From: an uncultured Deinococcales bacterium
GTDB taxonomy: Bacteria; Deinococcota; Deinococci; Deinococcales; JAAFIG01
Assembly: GCA_964244895.1 (NCBI GenBank)
Contig: CAXTKV010000057.1
Location: 1 to 10,395 of the forward strand
DNA: 10,395 nt
Reading direction: 5' to 3'
Made by a program: the position numbers and the translations under genes. Below, one piece after another: positions 6,196 to 10,395 of the stretch. Below the pieces are notes generated by a model. That model was not told where the DNA came from, ran no database searches, and was given only the letters and a program-made list of their open reading frames with translations. Positions within the stretch are counted from its first letter, which is position 1. Each line of letters opens with the position of its first letter.

Positions 6196-6896
6196 ACGAA
6201 AGTCAACCGAAGCTCGAGGAGTTCAAACGCCTCGCAGCGCTCGAGGCCGTCAAGCACGTCAAATCTGGCATGACCCTCGGGTTGGGCACGGGCTCCACCG
6301 CCAGATACGCGATCCTCGAGATCGGACGGTTGGTCAAGGAAGGCAAGCTCACCGGGATCATCGGCGTGCCGACCTCGAACGCCTCCGAAGCCCTGGCGCG
6401 CGAGGTCGGGATCGAGGTGCAGGAACTGACCGCCTTCGGCGTGGACGTGGCCATCGACGGTGCGGACGAGATCGACCCGAACCTGGACTTGATCAAGGGT
6501 CACGGTGGCGCGCTGGTGCGCGAGAAAGTCGTGGAGTTCAACGCGCGGTTTTTCGCGGTCGTGGCCGACACCAGCAAGCTCGTGCCGGAGTTGTGCTCAC
6601 GGGTGACGCTGCCCGTCGAGATCCTGAACTGGGGTTCGAGGGCGACCATCAGCGCGCTGGCGGGCCTTCAGAACGGCGCGCAGGTCAGGTTGCGAATGCT
6701 CGACGGTCAAGCGGTCGTGTCCGACAACGGCAACCTGATCGCGGACATGAGCTTCCGCTTTCCGGTGACCGACGCCCGCGAGATGGACGCGCGCATCAAG
6801 CACACGCCGGGCGTGGTGGACACCGGATTTTTTCTGGGCTACGCCAACGTCGCGTATGTGGCCGGGCCGGATGGGGTGGAGACCTTCAAGCGTTGA
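6192..6896 (+). CDS. rpiA: Ribose-5-phosphate isomerase A
   Basis: GLGTGST, DGADEID, IKGHGGALVREK, SDNGNLIAD, PGVVDTG. ATGA overlap with the bcp stop (6192-6195) suggests translational coupling. Confidence 0.95.
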   Translation: MNESQPKLEEFKRLAALEAVKHVKSGMTLGLGTGSTARYAILEIGRLVKEGKLTGIIGVPTSNASEALAREVGIEVQELTAFGVDVAIDGADEIDPNLDLIKGHGGALVREKVVEFNARFFAVVADTSKLVPELCSRVTLPVEILNWGSRATISALAGLQNGAQVRLRMLDGQAVVSDNGNLIADMSFRFPVTDAREMDARIKHTPGVVDTGFFLGYANVAYVAGPDGVETFKR

Positions 6897-7051
6897 AACC
6901 CAACGGATCGCCTCGAGGGTCGCGTACTCGAGAAGACCAGCGAAGGGATGAGCCCCTGTTCGACCGAGACGCTCGCTCGGGGCGCGCATAAGATCGCAAA
7001 TCGGGCATCAGGTGCGGCCCGAACCGTGGGAATCGCGGCGATCAGAACCGA

Positions 7052-7097
7052 GGAACACCGTCCAGCACGCAGATTACGATTCGCGTGCTGGACGGTG
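7052..7097. repeat. Dispersed palindromic repeat, copy D (head-to-head doublet of the left module)
   Basis: GGAACACCGTCCAGCACGC (7052-7070) is identical to 841-859. Perfect 15-bp inverted arms at 7056-7070 and 7083-7097 enclose a 12-nt loop. Confidence 0.9.
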
Positions 7098-7118
7098 CCG
7101 TATGCGCATCAGATCCGT

Positions 7119-7124
7119 TAGACT
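7119..7124 (+). promoter_or_regulatory. -10 element of a probable leaderless phosphatase transcript
   Basis: TAGACT lies exactly 6 nt before GTG 7131. Confidence 0.6.
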
Positions 7125-7130
7125 CGAGGC

Positions 7131-7655
7131 GTGGCCACGATCCTGTTCGTCAGGCACGCGCAACCCGACTGGGCGTTCGCGGACGCGCGAGGCCTGAAAG
7201 GATCGGCGCGCGACCTGGTCGGGCTGACGGCGCTCGGCGTGGCGCAGGCCGAAGCGAGCGCCAACGATGCTCGACTCGAGGGCGCGGCCCTGATCCTTTC
7301 GTCGCCGTACACGCGGGCGTTGCACACGGCAGCCGTGATTTCCAGGGTGCAGCACGCGCTGGTTCAAGTCGAGTACGATCTGCGCGAGTGGGTTGCGGAC
7401 ACCAGCGACGCCTGCGACACCTTCGAGGGGATCAGGGCGCTGGCGGCAGATTTCAGACTGCACGCGGGCGTTCACCCGGAAGGCGATCCGCGCCTGTGGG
7501 AGCCGCTCGCGAGCCTGAGGGCGCGAGTCCTGGGCGTGTTGACGCGCTACGCCGATTACGGCAAGCTGATCGTCGTGTCGCACGAGATGGCGATCGGCAG
7601 CGTGACGGGCGTGAACGAAATCGAGTTCGCTGCACTTGTGGAGTGGAGCACTTAA
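7131..7655 (+). CDS. Histidine phosphatase (phosphoglycerate mutase-like) family protein
   Basis: ILFVRHAQ (RHG variant), LTALGVAQA, SSPYTRALHTA, DLREW, IVVSHE. Confidence 0.9.
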   Translation: MATILFVRHAQPDWAFADARGLKGSARDLVGLTALGVAQAEASANDARLEGAALILSSPYTRALHTAAVISRVQHALVQVEYDLREWVADTSDACDTFEGIRALAADFRLHAGVHPEGDPRLWEPLASLRARVLGVLTRYADYGKLIVVSHEMAIGSVTGVNEIEFAALVEWST

Positions 7656-7702
7656 AAACACCGTCCCTGACGGTCTCGTTCCGCGTGTGGAACGGCGTTC
7701 TC
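7654..7702. repeat. Dispersed palindromic repeat, copy E (degenerate, overlapping the phosphatase stop)
   Basis: AAAAACACCGTCCCTGACGGT (hairpin ACCGTC-cct-GACGGT, 7660-7674) is followed by the hairpin CGTTCC-N6-GGAACG (7677-7694) and the tail ACGGCGTTC seen in copy B. Confidence 0.7.
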
Positions 7703-7770
7703 GATCGCAAGCCAGAAGTTTAGCAATGCGTGACACGGCACTCGACCAGGTTTTCTGCCACCATCCCACG

Positions 7771-8829
7771 ATGAACCTCGAACTTGAACGCATCCTCGAA
7801 ACCGTCCGCGACGAGTACGGCCTGCCGAGCATCGCCGCCACCGCGTTCGTCGGACGAGATGTCTGGAGCGCAGCGCTCGGCGTGCGAAAGTTCGGCGCGG
7901 ACGAGCCAGTGACAATCAATGACAATTACCACCTGGGGTCAGTCGGCAAATCGTTCACCGCGACCGTGGCCGCAAAGCTCGTCGAGGACGGTGCTTTGCG
8001 CTGGAACTCGAGGCTCGAGGAGCATTTTTCAGATATTGAAATGCGTGACGAATACAGAACGGTCACGCTCGAGATGCTGCTCTCGCACCGCGCTGGCATG
8101 GTGCGCGATGCGACGGAACCGAGCCTGTACAACCCGGACGCAGAACCTGACCCGACGCGGCTGTTATACGTCACGAACGTTCTCGCGCAGGCACCGATCC
8201 ACGCGCCTGGAACGCTGCTCGCGTACTCGAACGCGGGCTTCTCTACCGCCGCGCTGATGCTCGAGCGTGTCGCCCAAAAGCCGTTCCAGACGCTGCTGAG
8301 CGAGGTGATCTTTGAGCCGCTCGGCATGACTTCGGCATGTTTCTCACCGTCGCGTCAACCCGATGCCCCAACGCAACCGTGGGGACACAAGCTCAAAGGG
8401 ACACGATTGCTAACCATCCAAGCTGGCGAGGACGCGGGCAATGCCCCGACGGATTTCGGAGCCGGGTTGATCGAATGCTCAATGCCGGATCTGGCGAAAT
8501 ACTTGATCGCCCACGTTCAGGGCGAACGCGGACAGGACGGCATCGTGTCGAGCGCGTCGTTCAAGGAACTCCACCGCGACCACACGGACGGATCAAAATA
8601 TGGACTGGGTTGGAGCGTCGTTCCTCGGGAATGGGCTGGAGGGCTGGCGCTGACGCACGCCGGAAGCAACGGGTGGTTCAACGCGGTGACGTGGCTTTCG
8701 CCCGCGCGCGATTTCGGCCTGGCCATCGCGACGAACTTTGGTGACGGAGATTACCCGTGCGACGACGCAGCGCAGAGAATCATCCGCGCGCTCGAGAAGT
8801 GGTTGAATGAAAATCCCAGGAGGAGAAAT
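7771..8829 (+). CDS. Serine hydrolase, class C beta-lactamase / D-peptidase fold; no stop codon of its own, reads in frame into the ALDH to 10362
   Basis: SxxK in HLGSVGKSFTA, LLSHRAG, YxN in AYSNAGF, IFEPLGM, YGLGW, THAGSNG. Likely start is ATG 7771, with TG-c-CACCAT 6 nt upstream. No signal peptide is evident. Confidence 0.85.
8818..8825 (+). promoter_or_regulatory. Internal Shine-Dalgarno for the aldehyde dehydrogenase
   Basis: AGGAGGAG; its AGGAGG core ends 6 nt before ATG 8830 and is read as rare AGG AGG AGA codons in the fused frame. Confidence 0.85.
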
Positions 8830-10362
8830 ATGACTGCAAAAACCAGCTCGAAAGTCTCGAGCAAGTCGAACATCGCGCTCAGCAAAGCCGTCACGCTGCC
8901 GCATTACCCGATGATCGTGGGTGACCGGGAACTGACGCACGGATCGCAGGACTTGATCGCACCCGCGACCGGGAAGCCGTTCGCCACAGTTGCGCTGGGT
9001 ACGGTGCAGGACGTGAAAAAAGCGGTCGAGGCCGCCAAGCTCGCGCAGGAAAAATGGGCGGCGCTCTCCCCCGCCGAACGATCATCCGCGATGCTGAAGT
9101 GGGCCGATGCGCTCGAGAGGCACGCGCAAAGGTTGGCGGAACTCGAGAGCCTGAACGCGGGCAAACCGATCAAGCTCGCCAAGTACAGCGATATCCCGGT
9201 CGCGATCGACAACATCCGGTATTTCGCCAGCACCCTGCGGCGCAGCGAGGGCGCGGCGGCGGGGTCTTACATGAGCGGCTACTCGAGCATGATCGTGCGC
9301 GTGCCGGTCGGCGTGGTCGCGGCCATCACGCCGTGGAATTACCCGATTTTAATGGCCGCCTGGAAGCTCGGCCCGGCGCTGGCGGCGGGTTGCGCGGTGG
9401 TGATCAAGCCCGCGCCGAACACGCCGATCACGACGATTGAACTGGCCAGGATCGCGCTGGAATCCGGGTTGCCCGCCGGGTTGATCAACGTCGTCACGGG
9501 CGGCGCGGAGGTCGGTGAGGCGATGGTCACGCACCCGGACGTGCGCATGGTGTCCTTCACGGGTTCCACGCGCACCGGTCAGCGCATCGGCGAACTGGCT
9601 GGGCGCGGCACCAAGCGCGTCACGCTCGAACTGGGCGGCAAGGCTCCGCTGATCGTCTTCGAGGACGCCGACATCGAGGCCGCCGTTCAGGGCGCGGTCG
9701 CGGGCGCGTTCGTCAACGCCGGGCAGGACTGCACCGCCGCGACCAGAATCTACGTCCAGGACGGTGTACACAAGAAATTCCTGGCGCGATTCAAAACCCT
9801 CGTATCCAGCCTTCGCACCGGAAAGCTGACGAGCGAAAGCACCGACCTGGGGCCGTTGTCCAGCCAAGCGCAACTCGAGAAGGTCAGCGCTTACGTCGAG
9901 AGCGCCCGCAAGCAGAAAATCAAAATCGCGCTCGGCGGCAAGCCGCTCGAAGGAGCCGGGTTCTACTACGCGCCCACGATCCTGGTGGACGCGCCGCAGA
10001 AATCGAACGTCGTGCAGGAAGAAATCTTTGGCCCGGTGGTGGTCGTGAACCGTTTCAGCACGGAAGCCGAAGCGATCCAGTTGGGCAACGATGTGCCCTA
10101 CGGCCTGGCCGCCAGCGTCTGGACGAAGGACGTGCAGCGCGCCTTGCGCGTCTCCAGCGCGCTCGAGTTCGGAACGGTCTGGGTCAACGATCACCTGCCG
10201 TTGACCAGCGAGATGCCGCACGGCGGCTTCAAGTCTTCCGGCGTCGGCAAGGATTTATCGCATTACGCCCTGGAGGAGTACACCGTGCCCAAGCACGTGA
10301 TGTTCGACACGACCGGGGACGCGCGCAAGGGCTGGCACTTCACGATCTTCGGCGATCAGTGA
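8830..10362 (+). CDS. NAD-dependent aldehyde dehydrogenase, gamma-aminobutyraldehyde dehydrogenase (PatD/ABALDH)-like
   Basis: PWNYP, FTGSTRTG, catalytic Glu in LELGGKAP, catalytic Cys in NAGQDCTA, EEIFGPV. The C-terminal PHGGFKSSGVGKDLSHYALEEYT and the GQDC motif are typical of the PatD subfamily. 510 aa. Confidence 0.9.
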   Translation: MTAKTSSKVSSKSNIALSKAVTLPHYPMIVGDRELTHGSQDLIAPATGKPFATVALGTVQDVKKAVEAAKLAQEKWAALSPAERSSAMLKWADALERHAQRLAELESLNAGKPIKLAKYSDIPVAIDNIRYFASTLRRSEGAAAGSYMSGYSSMIVRVPVGVVAAITPWNYPILMAAWKLGPALAAGCAVVIKPAPNTPITTIELARIALESGLPAGLINVVTGGAEVGEAMVTHPDVRMVSFTGSTRTGQRIGELAGRGTKRVTLELGGKAPLIVFEDADIEAAVQGAVAGAFVNAGQDCTAATRIYVQDGVHKKFLARFKTLVSSLRTGKLTSESTDLGPLSSQAQLEKVSAYVESARKQKIKIALGGKPLEGAGFYYAPTILVDAPQKSNVVQEEIFGPVVVVNRFSTEAEAIQLGNDVPYGLAASVWTKDVQRALRVSSALEFGTVWVNDHLPLTSEMPHGGFKSSGVGKDLSHYALEEYTVPKHVMFDTTGDARKGWHFTIFGDQ

Positions 10363-10395
10363 GTTCAGCCCCGTAACCAGCCTCGAGTCCCCAGC

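Noticed and set aside
6900..7050. ncRNA or terminator after rpiA
   Set aside because: Only short hairpins (paired CTCGAG sites at 6912-6932; CCGAG/CTCGG at 6964-6980), with no U-tract and no recognisable RNA family.
7636..7770. N-terminal extension of the hydrolase from 7636 or 7726
   Set aside because: The 7636 start overlaps the phosphatase end and repeat copy E. Neither start has an RBS, and the fold begins near MNLELERIL.
7771..8829. Calling the hydrolase an antibiotic-resistance beta-lactamase (ampC)
   Set aside because: No signal peptide is evident and it has HAG rather than KTG. The fold includes many esterases, amidases and peptidases, so the substrate cannot be inferred.
9349..10221. 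290-aa minus-strand ORF
   Set aside because: Antisense shadow of the aldehyde dehydrogenase.

Overview
GC-rich bacterial chromosomal window, most likely Deinococcota (inferred from TANNNT-N6-start leaderless promoters and the gene set). Gene order: 3' end of pgi; a low-GC DUF2947-like gene; an orphan GAF-HisKA-HATPase kinase (-); a RibD-C/DHFR-family gene; an RhlE-like DEAD-box helicase (-); a 109-aa orphan; bcp-rpiA; a histidine phosphatase; and a beta-lactamase-fold serine hydrolase that runs in frame, without a stop codon, into a PatD-like aldehyde dehydrogenase that keeps its own strong RBS. The most notable non-coding signals are: (1) a dispersed modular palindromic repeat family (core AACACCGTCC[A/T]G) in most intergenic gaps; (2) roughly ten-fold enrichment of CTCGAG (38 copies by hand count); (3) a structured leader before the RibD-C gene that resembles a fluoride riboswitch variant; (4) a purine/pyrimidine mirrored tract with 7/13-nt periodicity. 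No rRNA, tRNA, CRISPR array or transposase was seen.
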